A DNA stretch of 64,000 nt from an uncultured virus (IMG/VR IMGVR_UViG_3300046058_000006) (IMGVR_UViG_3300046058_000006), one strand, 5' to 3'. Numbered from the stretch's first letter, positions 9,108-19,554 are shown. The notes: a model not told the origin generated them from the letters alone. Numbers and translations: made by a program.

Positions 9108-10654
9108 AATTGCACACCTTCGAACCCTAATTCAGTGTAAATCTTGAAGCCGTCGTAGTCGCGCTTCTTTTCGGTTACAACGTAATCGCCGCTTACCATT
9201 ATGTTTTCGTAGCCTTCTATTTTAACCTTGTCGCCTATATCCAGGTTAACGACCCGTTCGCTGTCTAAGTATTCGGGCTGAAACTGGCTTGGCGGGTAGC
9301 CCGATCGGGCCAGCTTCGCGTCGGCAGTATCGCGGACAGCCGCGCCGCTTTCTAAGCCTTCGTTAACGATCCGTCCGTCTACCCGGCGGTACTTGTCGAT
9401 GCTTTCGTTCAACGGCTTTTCTACACCGACGGGCTTCGGAAAGTAAGCAACATATGCCGGGTCTGTGGGGTTTCCGTTCGCGTCGGTTTGCACGCCTATG
9501 TCAAAGGCTGAATCGCCGCTTTCGGTATCTACGATCAACCAGATTTCCCGGTCCGGTATCTTGTGTTCGGCCAGGCGGAACGTGGTAAAGCCGTCGTCGT
9601 CGTAGGCGACTTTTCTTTCGCCGCTTCCGATAATGTCTGAATCTGTGTCGCCGGGTTCGATCGGCCCACTGCCGTCCTGTTTGCCGATCTGGATTCGTGC
9701 GCGCACGCCGTTAGCATCCGGGTCGTCCGCCGGCGGTGAATCGGATCGCTTTTTCGTATAGATTTCAAAGCTTGAAATTTCGCTTTTGCGGGTCGCTATC
9801 GGCGTTGTAAGCCGGTTCGTATCGCTTACGGTTACTGTATCGTCTACAGTCCGCTGTGCGTCTGTTTCATTATTTTCGTCGTCTATACCGCCCACGACGC
9901 GCACGTTGTTAACCAAGCCCCGGTCTGTGGTTTCTTCGACGGCTTCGCCGGCAAAGTCAGCCGGTCCGATGGGTTCTGATAGCCGGTAATCCAGGTCGCG
10001 GATTTGCTTGAAGCGAAGCGACCCGCCTTCGCCATACCAGATAATCGGCCCGTAAAACTGTGCCGCGCGGTCGGCTATTTGGCCGATTACTTTATTCGCT
10101 TGCACGCCTTTTACGAAAAAGTCGATCCGTTCATCCAGCTTCGGTAGTGCCTGCCGGCCGATTTCAGGCGCGTTATCCCGTAAGACCTGGTTAAGAATCG
10201 CGCCGGCGCTTCCGCTTATCGGCCTGTTGGTTTCGGTAAAGTCTACGTCCCGATCCGATAATATGCCGTTAGCAAAGCCGGTAAGACGCAGTTCGACTTC
10301 AGTCGGCCGCGCCTGTTCGCGGTTACGTGTGACGTTTGTTATCATAAACGATGCTTCCTGTTCCCATCCGCTGAATGGGCCAGCGCCGAACGGCCCCGCG
10401 CCAAATTCCGCGCCGGGGTTGTTTTGCACCTGTAAAACCAGCTTGTCTTTCAGGTGTAGCGGCTTGTCGCCGGACGTGTACTTGGCCGAACGGTTGTCTA
10501 CCGTTAGGTTTCCGGTGTTTCGCGGTTCGCCGCTCTTTTCGGTCGTAGACATATCTAAAACGTCGGACGTTTCGATGTAAAAATCAGTAACCGCGTCTGT
10601 CCGCGCTTTAGATACCGCTATCTCAAAGTCGTCCGCGTTAAAAAATTCGACCAT
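9104..10654 (-). CDS. Baseplate hub / tail tip protein
   Basis: Hub-like motifs (LTVDN..KY, LVNNVRVVG, SIDKY, LDIGDKVKI..GDYVVT). Confidence 0.7.
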   Translation of the reverse strand: MVEFFNADDFEIAVSKARTDAVTDFYIETSDVLDMSTTEKSGEPRNTGNLTVDNRSAKYTSGDKPLHLKDKLVLQVQNNPGAEFGAGPFGAGPFSGWEQEASFMITNVTRNREQARPTEVELRLTGFANGILSDRDVDFTETNRPISGSAGAILNQVLRDNAPEIGRQALPKLDERIDFFVKGVQANKVIGQIADRAAQFYGPIIWYGEGGSLRFKQIRDLDYRLSEPIGPADFAGEAVEETTDRGLVNNVRVVGGIDDENNETDAQRTVDDTVTVSDTNRLTTPIATRKSEISSFEIYTKKRSDSPPADDPDANGVRARIQIGKQDGSGPIEPGDTDSDIIGSGERKVAYDDDGFTTFRLAEHKIPDREIWLIVDTESGDSAFDIGVQTDANGNPTDPAYVAYFPKPVGVEKPLNESIDKYRRVDGRIVNEGLESGAAVRDTADAKLARSGYPPSQFQPEYLDSERVVNLDIGDKVKIEGYENIMVSGDYVVTEKKRDYDGFKIYTELGFEGVQF

Positions 10655-10666
10655 ATGACCCTTAGA

Positions 10667-13600
10667 TTATTCCTGGTTGAAATAGTCTAAGGTGTTCAAC
10701 ATGGTCACAAAGCCGGCGACCAATTCGGCGCGCGTTAGTTCGGACGGATCGCCCTGCGGGATTTCATCGGGAACGTCCGGCAGGTCCGGGGCGTCCTTGG
10801 GCGGTTCCGGCACTTCCGGCGATCCGTCGCCGCCTTCGTCGCCTTCGTCCGGGGTTTCGTCCGGCGATTCTTCGGGCGGTTCGGGCTGTTCTGGTTGATC
10901 GCCGCCGTCGCCGCTATCGGGCGCTTCGTCGCCGCCTTCGTCCGGCTGTTCGGGCGGTTCGGGTTCATCGGGCGCTGGCGGTGTAGGCGTTTCGGGAGAT
11001 TCGCCAGGCACGCTAATGCCGTCCGGTCGCCGCAGTTCGCGCGAACCCGTATAGTCGTTCCCGTCGATCCACACGTTGATTTCAGGCGGGGCAATGATGT
11101 TTGTAACCGACCCTTCGATAATGAAGGCGTCGCCGCCATTCAGCGCTAAGACGCCGTGAATCGCCGCCTGGCTGTCGGGATTGATAATTTCGTCGTTATC
11201 GTCCGCTTTTCTATCTTCTTGTGCGGGCGCGTCTGTCTGTACTTTGTACGCTTCCCACCCGGTCGGGTCGCCGCGTTCATCTTCAGGAACCCACTGGTTC
11301 CCGAACAGATAGACCCTGCTGGTTTGGACGTATTCTTCGCCGCCGACTTCAATAGTCAGCGCCGGGTCGCTTTCGATGTTAACGATTTCACCCGTAACGA
11401 AGAAGTCGTCGTCCGAATCGCCGGGAACCTGGCCCTTGATCGTAGCGTTCCCGTCGTTAAAGACGATGTTATCCGAATTGCCCGACAGTCCGCCTAAGCG
11501 GGCGTTACCCGTGACTTCAATGGTGTAAGACAGTTGATCGGTTGTACTGCCGTCGCCTTCGACGTAGATTCGGGTTTCATCTTCCGACGGTCCTTCGGGG
11601 TCGTCCGGCACTTCAGGCGGTTCGACCGGAACAGTCGGGTCGGTTTCGCCGCCTTCGTCCGGCTGTTCTGGTTCGGGCATTTCGGGCGCGTCGTCTACCG
11701 GCGCGTTAACCGGGTCGCGCGGTTCGGTCGAAGGTTCTTCTACCTTGTCCGGGGCGTATTCCACACCGTCTACGTCGTTTTCAAAGTCCGCAACGCAGTC
11801 ACGGATTTCCAAGTCGTCGCGGCCAAGGTCAAAGGCATCGTCGCCGTCTACGTCGCCGCTGAAGTGACAGCCTTCGACAAGAACGCCCACGTCGCCCGAC
11901 ATTCCGCTTTCTTCAACGCGAAGGTGTGGAAGCTGGCCGGCGGTCTTAACCCGGCAGTTGCGCACTGTAGCGCGCCCGGCTTCGTCGTGAATGGCGATCG
12001 CCGCGTTACCTGGCGACCCGCCTTCGCGGTAGGTAACGTCACAATCTTCGACCGTACAGCCGTGCCTGTCGCGCACGCGAATCCCGCGACTGTTTTCGCC
12101 CGACTGATTACCTTCGGACGTTTTCACACGTTCGTCTACAACGATCGTAGCTTCGCGGGCGACCGAATCCGTGCTACCGATCCGAAGGTTCGCTACGTTG
12201 CTGTTGGTAAACTTCCCGCCTTCCACAACGACCTTTCCATCGTTCCCATAGTCGCGGCCTGGATCGGAGCCATAGACTGCGTTATTCGTGAAACGACCCA
12301 TTTCACAGTCACGCAGGAAAACAGTGCCTTCGTGCGACGAACTAACAAGAATCCCGTTCGTGTCCGTTCCATCTTCTTCCGTGCCGCTGATTTTACACTG
12401 TGAAATCAGTCCGGTTTCGCCGCTGTTAACATCGGTCGAAAAGCCCTTGGATTCGGGCGGGTATTTCCCCCGGTTCCTGATATGCGAAACGACGAACGTT
12501 TCGCCTTCGGCTTGCAAGCGTCCGCCGTATCCGTCCTGGTTGAAGTCGAATACGAAATTACTAAACGCCCACGTATCGCCGTTGATAGTGATAAAGTATT
12601 CACCGGCGTCGTCCCGCGAACTGTTGGGTTCAAGAACGACAGTTTCGCCTGGTTCGCCGATAATGGCACAGTCGTTCATTTCAAGGCTAAGGTAGTCGGT
12701 CTGATATTCGCCTGCCGGGACGACTGTCACTGTATCAGTCGCGTTCGATGCTTCTTGTAGCAGGCCGGTAATGTCGTCGCCGTTATCTACGTCTAAGACG
12801 TTCTGGTTCGACAAGTCGGCCAGTGCTTCGTACTGTTCGTTCATAATCGTTAATGGGTTAATTCCTGTGCGTTCTTGGTCGCTACTTTCGTCGTCCGATT
12901 CGTCGTTTTCTACCGGAAGCGCGCCGTCCGTATCCGGTATCAGGTCGCTTGTGTAGCCGTTTTCCATAACGGATACGTCTAACGTATCGTCCGCCGACAT
13001 TTTGAGCTGTCCGCGAATGTAATACGTATCCTGGCCACCTTTGACGTAGCCGGTCGCGGCCTGTTGCATGGCTTTGTCGCCTGTGTTCGCCATAGCGCCG
13101 CGTCTTACGTCGTCCGCTTCGATCCGGTAATGGCCTTCATTATCTTCGCCGCCGATTTTTACCCTGTGCCAAAGCGGTTCGGGCGCACTGTCGCCGCCGC
13201 TTCCCACGTGTGCGCGCCCGCCAGGTCCGAAGGCGTTATCACGGTTGATCCAGTGTACCTTGTCAAAGCCCTTTACGCCGTCCGTATCTTCCGTGCTGTA
13301 CGGTTTGTCCTTGTCTTTATATTCGTCTAATTCCAAGTCGCCGCCGCGATTTTCGGCCCACGTGTACCTATCTTCTAAGCCCTGGTTAGTTTGCATGATC
13401 GCCGAACCGTTCCCGTCGTTCGACGTTTCGGGCGGTTCGGGCGGAACGTCGCCGGTGTAGTCGAAATGAACCGCGTAGACTTCATGGTAGTCGATCGGCG
13501 TTCCCCTGAAGTTAAACACTTCATTGACGCCGCCTTCAGCGTTGTTTTCGTTACCCTGTACGGTAATGTGGTGCCATACGGTTTTCTTCGAACCGGGTCG

Positions 13601-14329
13601 GTGAACGTCCAAGACGTGCGAAAACGGCGCGTTAGGGCCACAGGTATGATACGCGATTTCCGTACAGTTGTCCCGACCGCCGTGTTCGACGTGATGCCGG
13701 CAGTTGTCGGTGTAATTACCTATTACGACAGTCCGATCGGCCCACGAACCGTCGTCTGTCATGCACGCGATACCATACCCTAAATGGTCAAAGGCGGCAT
13801 TATACGACCTGTTATTGATAGCGCGGCATTTCTTGCCGCGAAACATGATGTTACCATATGTAAAGCCGCTTACGTCACATTCGTAGACAGTCGTCCGGGG
13901 GCTTTCGGACATAAGCCCAACTAAGATATGGCGTTCGCGGTAATCGCCGGTTCCGTTCGTATAATCGTCGTCTACGATCGTACCGTCGGCGTGCGGGCCG
14001 CGAAGGTTGATACCGACACAAACCTGGCTGTCGTTGCTGATAAAGTTGATTTGCCAGGTTCCCCACCCCCAAGCGTCTTCAGTGTCTTGTACCAGGGTCG
14101 CGCCGTCTGAAATCAGGTCGCCCCTGATTTGGTATTCACGGTTTTCAAGTTCGATTCGGGCGTTCGGGTCAACGTGGATTTGATCGCCTTCGCTGTGCGC
14201 TTCAACGGCGCTTGCAAATTCGCCTTCGGATCGCACAACGTAGTCCGCTTCGTCGCGGTTGAATCGGGGATTAGGCACTTCCCCCCCAGGAAACAGATAA
14301 GAAATTTCTTCCGGGTTAACTTTCGCCAT
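10667..14329 (-). CDS. 1220-aa multidomain beta-helix (pectin-lyase-like) protein, candidate glycan depolymerase/adhesin
   Basis: Two parallel beta-helix regions (e.g. TVTVVPAGEY...NNAVYGS..GGKFTNSNVANLRIG), three repeated ~75-aa beta modules, Pro/Glu linkers. Confidence 0.7.
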   Translation of the reverse strand: MAKVNPEEISYLFPGGEVPNPRFNRDEADYVVRSEGEFASAVEAHSEGDQIHVDPNARIELENREYQIRGDLISDGATLVQDTEDAWGWGTWQINFISNDSQVCVGINLRGPHADGTIVDDDYTNGTGDYRERHILVGLMSESPRTTVYECDVSGFTYGNIMFRGKKCRAINNRSYNAAFDHLGYGIACMTDDGSWADRTVVIGNYTDNCRHHVEHGGRDNCTEIAYHTCGPNAPFSHVLDVHRPGSKKTVWHHITVQGNENNAEGGVNEVFNFRGTPIDYHEVYAVHFDYTGDVPPEPPETSNDGNGSAIMQTNQGLEDRYTWAENRGGDLELDEYKDKDKPYSTEDTDGVKGFDKVHWINRDNAFGPGGRAHVGSGGDSAPEPLWHRVKIGGEDNEGHYRIEADDVRRGAMANTGDKAMQQAATGYVKGGQDTYYIRGQLKMSADDTLDVSVMENGYTSDLIPDTDGALPVENDESDDESSDQERTGINPLTIMNEQYEALADLSNQNVLDVDNGDDITGLLQEASNATDTVTVVPAGEYQTDYLSLEMNDCAIIGEPGETVVLEPNSSRDDAGEYFITINGDTWAFSNFVFDFNQDGYGGRLQAEGETFVVSHIRNRGKYPPESKGFSTDVNSGETGLISQCKISGTEEDGTDTNGILVSSSHEGTVFLRDCEMGRFTNNAVYGSDPGRDYGNDGKVVVEGGKFTNSNVANLRIGSTDSVAREATIVVDERVKTSEGNQSGENSRGIRVRDRHGCTVEDCDVTYREGGSPGNAAIAIHDEAGRATVRNCRVKTAGQLPHLRVEESGMSGDVGVLVEGCHFSGDVDGDDAFDLGRDDLEIRDCVADFENDVDGVEYAPDKVEEPSTEPRDPVNAPVDDAPEMPEPEQPDEGGETDPTVPVEPPEVPDDPEGPSEDETRIYVEGDGSTTDQLSYTIEVTGNARLGGLSGNSDNIVFNDGNATIKGQVPGDSDDDFFVTGEIVNIESDPALTIEVGGEEYVQTSRVYLFGNQWVPEDERGDPTGWEAYKVQTDAPAQEDRKADDNDEIINPDSQAAIHGVLALNGGDAFIIEGSVTNIIAPPEINVWIDGNDYTGSRELRRPDGISVPGESPETPTPPAPDEPEPPEQPDEGGDEAPDSGDGGDQPEQPEPPEESPDETPDEGDEGGDGSPEVPEPPKDAPDLPDVPDEIPQGDPSELTRAELVAGFVTMLNTLDYFNQE

Positions 14330-14371
14330 TACGGGGTTTAGTTCGTTCCCCGCTGAAAAAGATTCGGCGCG

Positions 14372-16162
14372 TTAACCTTCGCCTTTGTAGAAGTATTCGA
14401 ACTTGGCAAAGTCGTTGTTAGCCCGGATCGCATACCCGTTCCCGTTAGTCGAACTTGGCGGGGTAAACGTTTCGTCCTGAAGGGGATTATCCAGGTCTAA
14501 GCCGTCGCCCATGATAACGCGACATTCGTCTGTCGCCAAATCAGGCGTGCGGTAATAGACCCTTACAGCATATGTTTTCCCGGCAGTGTAGGTCTGTACC
14601 TTTTGCACTTGGATCGTACCGCTTCCGCCGTTATAGTCCCACAAATTCCAATATTCGTTATCAGGTCGCATTTCCAATTCGGCCCAATCAGCGGACGATT
14701 GATCTTCGTAGGCAAACCGGATATTACAGCCCATGTTTAGCGAATCAAGCGTAACATGAAACGTGCCGATTTCTCCTTCCGCTAACAGGCCGGGCGATTC
14801 GCTTGTGTCGGTCTGTACCCATGCTTTCGACGCGGACGTTTGGTTATTCTTTATCGCGCTTGGCGACTGCGAAACATCCGGGTTCGTAATGTCCCACCAG
14901 TCTACGTTATTGAAGTTTACATAGCCCAAGTCGGCGGTACTGTTAACGTCCCAATATTGCACCTGTGTCCGTGTCTTTGGCGTCGCGGTTACGCTTGGTT
15001 CGGGCGCGGTCGCGTCGCTTGTCTCCCTGTCGATATGATAGGTATAATCAGTCCCATCGGATACGTTAGTATCCGTATAACTGGTTTGCGATAGGTCGGT
15101 AATGGTATCATACAGCGACCCGAACGATCCGTCTGTTGACCTGTAAATGTCGTATTCACCGTTTGGGTTGTTATCTCCCTTGTCCCAATACAGGTCTATC
15201 GAATCGTTATTTTCGGTCGCGCCAAGGTTTTCGATCGGGGGAAGGTCGGTTGTGCGGCTTACTTCTTGGGTTAAGCCGTCGTTTCCTTCGCGCCGATTCG
15301 TAACCCGGAAGTAATACGTCCGACCGTTTACCAGGCCGTTAACTGTGTGATCGGGGAAGTCAACGATCGATTTAGCGTCGTAGTCCGCGATTACACTGCC
15401 GGACGTTTCGCTTCGGTAAAGGTCATACGCTATATCTTCGCCGTCCCACGTCAGACTAATGCTGTTCGGGTCGTCCGACGGCGCTTTTAGGTTCGTGGGC
15501 TGTGCTAACGGTTCTGTAGATACGGTAATGTCGTCAAACCAGGTCTGAATGTCAGCGTCGGAACTTAAGTTCCCGTTATTCTGTTCGTAGACTTCCATCG
15601 AAGCTATGTCAACGCCCTGTTTCAGCGGGCGGTCGCGGTACGCCAGGCGCTTCCCCGCTTGTGGATCGTGAAATTCTACGTCTACAGTGCCGTTCGCGCC
15701 GTTATTCCAGTAAAATACTAACTTGGTATATATCCAGTTGTTGTAGGTCGTACCGCCGTCTACGTCGCCGTTCCCGTTCCCGTCGTAGATGCCCCACTGC
15801 GGGTTATTGCTACTGGTAGCAAATTCTAAGTTCCCGTTCGAATTGGTAAACGTAACCGCGTGGCCCGTGCTACTGCTGGTTTCGTTGTACCAGTATTCAG
15901 CCCACGAAATGTTAGGGTCGTTTAGGTTGAAGTTATGCCGGCCCCTAAATTCTGTGCTTGGATCATTCGAATACACCGCCCACGAACCCGAATGTGTGCG
16001 ATCTTGTACGGCAGTAAAAACCGCCTGGCTACTTTCAGACGGTCCGATTTCCCAACTGTCAGCGACCGATCCATCTTCGAACCCTTCGCTAAATTCAGGC
16101 TGTGGGGGTTCACCGACGCGCTTCGATCCGTCCAAAAAGACCGTTTCCCTGTTTGTGTTCAT
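14372..16162 (-). CDS. Fibronectin type III-containing adhesin / tail fibre
   Basis: Two FN3 repeats (ISLTW..YDLYRS..GLVNGRTYYFRV; IDLYW..YDIYRS..GTDYTY) flanked by LamG-like domains; start set at ATG 16162 just after the upstream stop. Confidence 0.8.
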   Translation of the reverse strand: MNTNRETVFLDGSKRVGEPPQPEFSEGFEDGSVADSWEIGPSESSQAVFTAVQDRTHSGSWAVYSNDPSTEFRGRHNFNLNDPNISWAEYWYNETSSSTGHAVTFTNSNGNLEFATSSNNPQWGIYDGNGNGDVDGGTTYNNWIYTKLVFYWNNGANGTVDVEFHDPQAGKRLAYRDRPLKQGVDIASMEVYEQNNGNLSSDADIQTWFDDITVSTEPLAQPTNLKAPSDDPNSISLTWDGEDIAYDLYRSETSGSVIADYDAKSIVDFPDHTVNGLVNGRTYYFRVTNRREGNDGLTQEVSRTTDLPPIENLGATENNDSIDLYWDKGDNNPNGEYDIYRSTDGSFGSLYDTITDLSQTSYTDTNVSDGTDYTYHIDRETSDATAPEPSVTATPKTRTQVQYWDVNSTADLGYVNFNNVDWWDITNPDVSQSPSAIKNNQTSASKAWVQTDTSESPGLLAEGEIGTFHVTLDSLNMGCNIRFAYEDQSSADWAELEMRPDNEYWNLWDYNGGSGTIQVQKVQTYTAGKTYAVRVYYRTPDLATDECRVIMGDGLDLDNPLQDETFTPPSSTNGNGYAIRANNDFAKFEYFYKGEG

Positions 16163-16163
16163 G

Positions 16164-16697
16164 TTAGTAGTTTTCAACCCCGAACACGCTTAATGTGTTC
16201 TTATCTGCGTTAAATGCTATATCTTCCGCTGTCGCTACTGTATCCTTCCACACGTGCGGATTCGCAAAGTACCCGTAAACGTCCGTTGAATCGTTCGTAT
16301 AGAACAGTCTGAAGTATTCGTTGCGGCTGTTTTGCGCGTCCGACTTCAGCACGGCCAGCTTGTAGTTGTTTTCGTCCGCTGTCGGTTTTTGCACCCACGT
16401 ACCGGCGGCACCCCATTCGGGTAGCTTGTTACCACGAAACGCGAAGGCCATAAACAGGAAATTACCCGCGCCTTCGAACGCAGATACGTCGTTCGTAGTG
16501 AACTGGCCAGTGCATACGTCAGCGTAGCTTGTCGTGTTCCGCGCGTCTACTAATCCATTCGCCGCCCATCCGTCTGTTCCGTTTTCTACTGTGGTTTCAG
16601 CGTCGCCAGTGTCGTAGTAACCCACAGAGTCCGAATCGTCGCCGAACAGATTAGCGGCCTTTCGTTCTGTGCCTTTGCCGTCAGCGTAAACAGTCAT
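16164..16697 (-). CDS. Putative tail-associated protein
   Basis: Translationally coupled within the adhesin cassette. Confidence 0.6.
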   Translation of the reverse strand: MTVYADGKGTERKAANLFGDDSDSVGYYDTGDAETTVENGTDGWAANGLVDARNTTSYADVCTGQFTTNDVSAFEGAGNFLFMAFAFRGNKLPEWGAAGTWVQKPTADENNYKLAVLKSDAQNSRNEYFRLFYTNDSTDVYGYFANPHVWKDTVATAEDIAFNADKNTLSVFGVENY

Positions 16698-17812
16698 TGT
16701 ACTAAGACGTTCCCGGTGCTTTCAAACGTCGGTTCGGCGTTATCAGCCGCGCCTGCGTTAAACCGACCGTTATCAACAGCAATGGTATAGGTGGTTTCCG
16801 AACTTGGGGAAATGTCGCCAGGCAGGTTGTCGGTTGGGTTGTGCAACGAACTGCCGTCGCCGGCGGCTAAGGTCGCTTCGACCGTGTAGCCGCTGTTTTG
16901 ATCGCCCGAAACCAGTACCAGGTCTACGCCGCTTGGCATGGCTGTGCGGTCGCCTTTGATCATGGAAGCGCGGCGCAAATCTAAGGTTTCGTTACTTGTT
17001 AACGTGTACGAAACGATTACAGCCGCCTGGCCTTGTACTGCCGTTCCGGTTTCATTCCATGAAGTTAGTCCGTCAATTCGGTTTCCAAATTCGTTTTCAG
17101 TGACCGGATTGTACGACGTGTTCGACAGTGTGACTGTTCCGTTTTTGTCTAACAGCGGCGCGGTTCCTTGAACTTCTAATCCTTGAAGAAAATTAACCGC
17201 TTCTCCTACAGGTGCTTCGGCGAAGGTACTATTATTAACATTATCGATTAAACGCAAAAGCGTATTATCGCTATCGTAATACAACTGTATGTCCTGACTG
17301 CCGCCAAATTTTATATCTTTGTTTTCGCGTATTAGGATGTTTTGCGTGAAATCGACGGCGTTCGCAAAGCTAATTCGTGATCCCCCGAACCCGATAAAGT
17401 GATCATTCCCCCGGATAAAGTTGTCTTTGATAGTTATTCCGCCATTAGCAGAACCGCCTGGCACAGTTTCAAGCGTTCCCACTACGTCGGTCATAAACCG
17501 CGAAACCCACGAATCAGTAGATTCGTCGTTGAACCACAGCGACGGGCTGTTTGTACTGGTATCTACTGTGATCCGGGGGTAATCAGCGCCGGCCTGGTTC
17601 GGCTTTCCGTCGGTTACGTAGACTGAATTATCGTCTGTCCATTGCCAAAGGGTCTGTAGCGCGTCAGCGTAATTCAGGTCGTCTAAGTTGACCGAACCGC
17701 CGTCTACGTCGTTGTAGTTTTCAAGCGGGCCGTCCCTGCCGTCCGGCTGTGCTTCTTGGCCGTCAGCGGCGACCGGCAGGCCAGTTCGCTGTAGTCTGTA
17801 GCCTTTAGGCAT
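16694..17812 (-). CDS. Tail fibre-like protein
   Basis: Beta-rich, Asn/Gly/Thr-rich; first gene of the adhesin cassette. Confidence 0.6.
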   Translation of the reverse strand: MPKGYRLQRTGLPVAADGQEAQPDGRDGPLENYNDVDGGSVNLDDLNYADALQTLWQWTDDNSVYVTDGKPNQAGADYPRITVDTSTNSPSLWFNDESTDSWVSRFMTDVVGTLETVPGGSANGGITIKDNFIRGNDHFIGFGGSRISFANAVDFTQNILIRENKDIKFGGSQDIQLYYDSDNTLLRLIDNVNNSTFAEAPVGEAVNFLQGLEVQGTAPLLDKNGTVTLSNTSYNPVTENEFGNRIDGLTSWNETGTAVQGQAAVIVSYTLTSNETLDLRRASMIKGDRTAMPSGVDLVLVSGDQNSGYTVEATLAAGDGSSLHNPTDNLPGDISPSSETTYTIAVDNGRFNAGAADNAEPTFESTGNVLVQ

Positions 17813-17894
17813 GAGATAGTCTTATATGAACTGGTTTAGCGTCCGGTTTTAATGCTTGGCGCTTCTTTCAGTGCTTTGACTGTGTATCGACGGG

Positions 17895-17930
17895 TTTATA
17901 CGTATGCCGCTGTTGTAGCTAAATGCAATG
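17895..17930 (+). promoter_or_regulatory. Type member of conserved promoter class (TATA + GCTGTT + TAAATGCA-ATG)
   Basis: TTTATACGTATGCCGCTGTTGTAGCTAAATGCAATG; TATA-to-ATG distance 33 nt, conserved at several loci. Confidence 0.8.
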
Positions 17931-18521
17931 GCCGAATTTCACGACGCGAACGAAGGCGACCGAATCACCGTCGAATATGAATCGCCGGAACACGCCGATC
18001 GGCAAACTGTTGAAGGGGAAGTCGTCTACGTTGACGTTAACGCGAACGACCTGGTTATGCACACCTGGTTCGTAGACGACGATGGATACCTGTACCGCGT
18101 CGGCAAAAACCGAATCAGCCGCGCGCATGACCAATACGCCGTCCAAGAAGCCGCGCAAAAGCTGGCCGACTTTGACAAGGCGGACATTCCCGACACGCTA
18201 ATGCGCCTGGATGGGTTGACCGAAGCCGGCCAAAAAACCAGTGCGGTAGAAGTCCTTTCGATCGCTAACGGTCCGGTGTACGAATCGGACGACTACGACG
18301 GCATGAACGACTACGAACTACAAGCCGCCGCGCTACAAGAAGCCCGCGACGGCGTGCTTTCCGATGCCTTCAACGCGCTGTTAGAAAGACAAGAACAGGT
18401 CCATTCGAACTTTATTCGCGCACAGGCATACGGGAACAGCGAACAGAAAAAAGACGAACTGCGTATCAGGTCCGACCGGCTTCGCACGGGGCTGAAACAC
18501 GCCATGGATAAGGCCGACTAA
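17928..18521 (+). CDS. Hypothetical protein (N-terminal family D domain plus C-terminal domain shared with 18550-18834)
   Basis: EGDRITVEYES..VEGEVV N-terminus; C-terminal AAALQEARDG..DAF matches the neighbour. Confidence 0.85.
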   Translation: MAEFHDANEGDRITVEYESPEHADRQTVEGEVVYVDVNANDLVMHTWFVDDDGYLYRVGKNRISRAHDQYAVQEAAQKLADFDKADIPDTLMRLDGLTEAGQKTSAVEVLSIANGPVYESDDYDGMNDYELQAAALQEARDGVLSDAFNALLERQEQVHSNFIRAQAYGNSEQKKDELRIRSDRLRTGLKHAMDKAD

Positions 18522-18549
18522 CGACAGCTTTTTATTCGCGGTCGCCGTC

Positions 18550-18834
18550 GTGGAAAGTGTGATCTACGACCGCGACGAACTGAAAGAATTGGACGACCCG
18601 AAATTAGCCGCCGCCGCGTACCAAGAAGCGCGCGAAGGCCAGCAGGGGGAAGCGTTCGACGTAATGGTAAAGCGCCAAAAGTCCCTGCATGACCGGCTGT
18701 TTCGCATGAAGCGCGACGACTACAGCCAGTTTTCACGCGACGCACTACGAACGCGCGCCGTTTTGCTGTTGCATACAACGACCATGGCGATAGAAATGGC
18801 GGACGAACACGCTGAAGAAAACAACGATGAATAA
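18550..18834 (+). CDS. Hypothetical protein, paralog of C-terminus of 17928-18521
   Basis: AAAAYQEAREG..EAF. Confidence 0.8.
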   Translation: MESVIYDRDELKELDDPKLAAAAYQEAREGQQGEAFDVMVKRQKSLHDRLFRMKRDDYSQFSRDALRTRAVLLLHTTTMAIEMADEHAEENNDE

Positions 18835-19045
18835 CAAGTCGAACCCCATGATAGCGCTACAGAACGATCCGGCGATCAAAGCGGTCGCGGCTACGAACGC
18901 CGGTGAAATCGTAGCGACGCTTTCGGTCGAAACCGTTGACTACGAACAGGCAGGTGCTAAGATCGCCGAACGGGTAAGCGTAGACCTGGTTTTTGGCGGG
19001 GCGACCGAACGCGGCCAGCTTTACTTTCGACCGCGTTCATGGTAA
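18827..19045 (+). CDS. Small protein, paralog family A
   Basis: GEI.A...GQLYF signature. Confidence 0.8.
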   Translation: MNNKSNPMIALQNDPAIKAVAATNAGEIVATLSVETVDYEQAGAKIAERVSVDLVFGGATERGQLYFRPRSW

Positions 19046-19112
19046 TACGACAAGTTTATACGTATGCCGCTATTCTGGTTAATCGTAGCGGGCGAAGCCC
19101 GCTACACAAACC

Positions 19113-19328
19113 ATGAACGCAACGCAAACCGCCGTCGAAGAATTGGAAGCCGATCACAACGTGACTAACGTGTTCGTTACCCCTGCCGGTGAAATCAGGG
19201 TTGAAACGAACGTTACGACCGCCGAACCCGAAACCGTCGGCGAATCCTTGGCCCGCTGGATCGACGCGGACGTTAGCTTTTCCCGCGCGTCGGCTTCGGG
19301 GCGACTGTACTTCAGGGTCAACGCATGA
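19113..19328 (+). CDS. Small protein, paralog family A
   Basis: GEI...GRLYF; class promoter and leader hairpin upstream. Confidence 0.8.
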   Translation: MNATQTAVEELEADHNVTNVFVTPAGEIRVETNVTTAEPETVGESLARWIDADVSFSRASASGRLYFRVNA

Positions 19329-19543
19329 ACGACGAACTAACGCGCGCCGCTGAAGCCGTCGAAGCTGTCCGAAACGACCCGGACGTTTACACTGCCTACG
19401 TTATGCCTGGCGGTGAAATAGAAGCTGTAGTCAAAGCGTCAACTGGTACGTACCGCGAAAAAGGCGAAACGATCGCCGCGCGCCTTGATCCGGTTGACTT
19501 TTCGCGTGTGAACCGGCACGGACGACTGTACTTTACCGTCTAA
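19325..19543 (+). CDS. Small protein, paralog family A
   Basis: GEI.A...GRLYF; ATGA overlap. Confidence 0.8.
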   Translation: MNDELTRAAEAVEAVRNDPDVYTAYVMPGGEIEAVVKASTGTYREKGETIAARLDPVDFSRVNRHGRLYFTV

Positions 19544-19554
19544 GCGCCGCGCGC

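Noticed and set aside
6542..17812. Diversity-generating retroelement or invertible tail-fibre cassette
   Set aside because: No reverse transcriptase, recombinase or template/variable repeat pair was seen.
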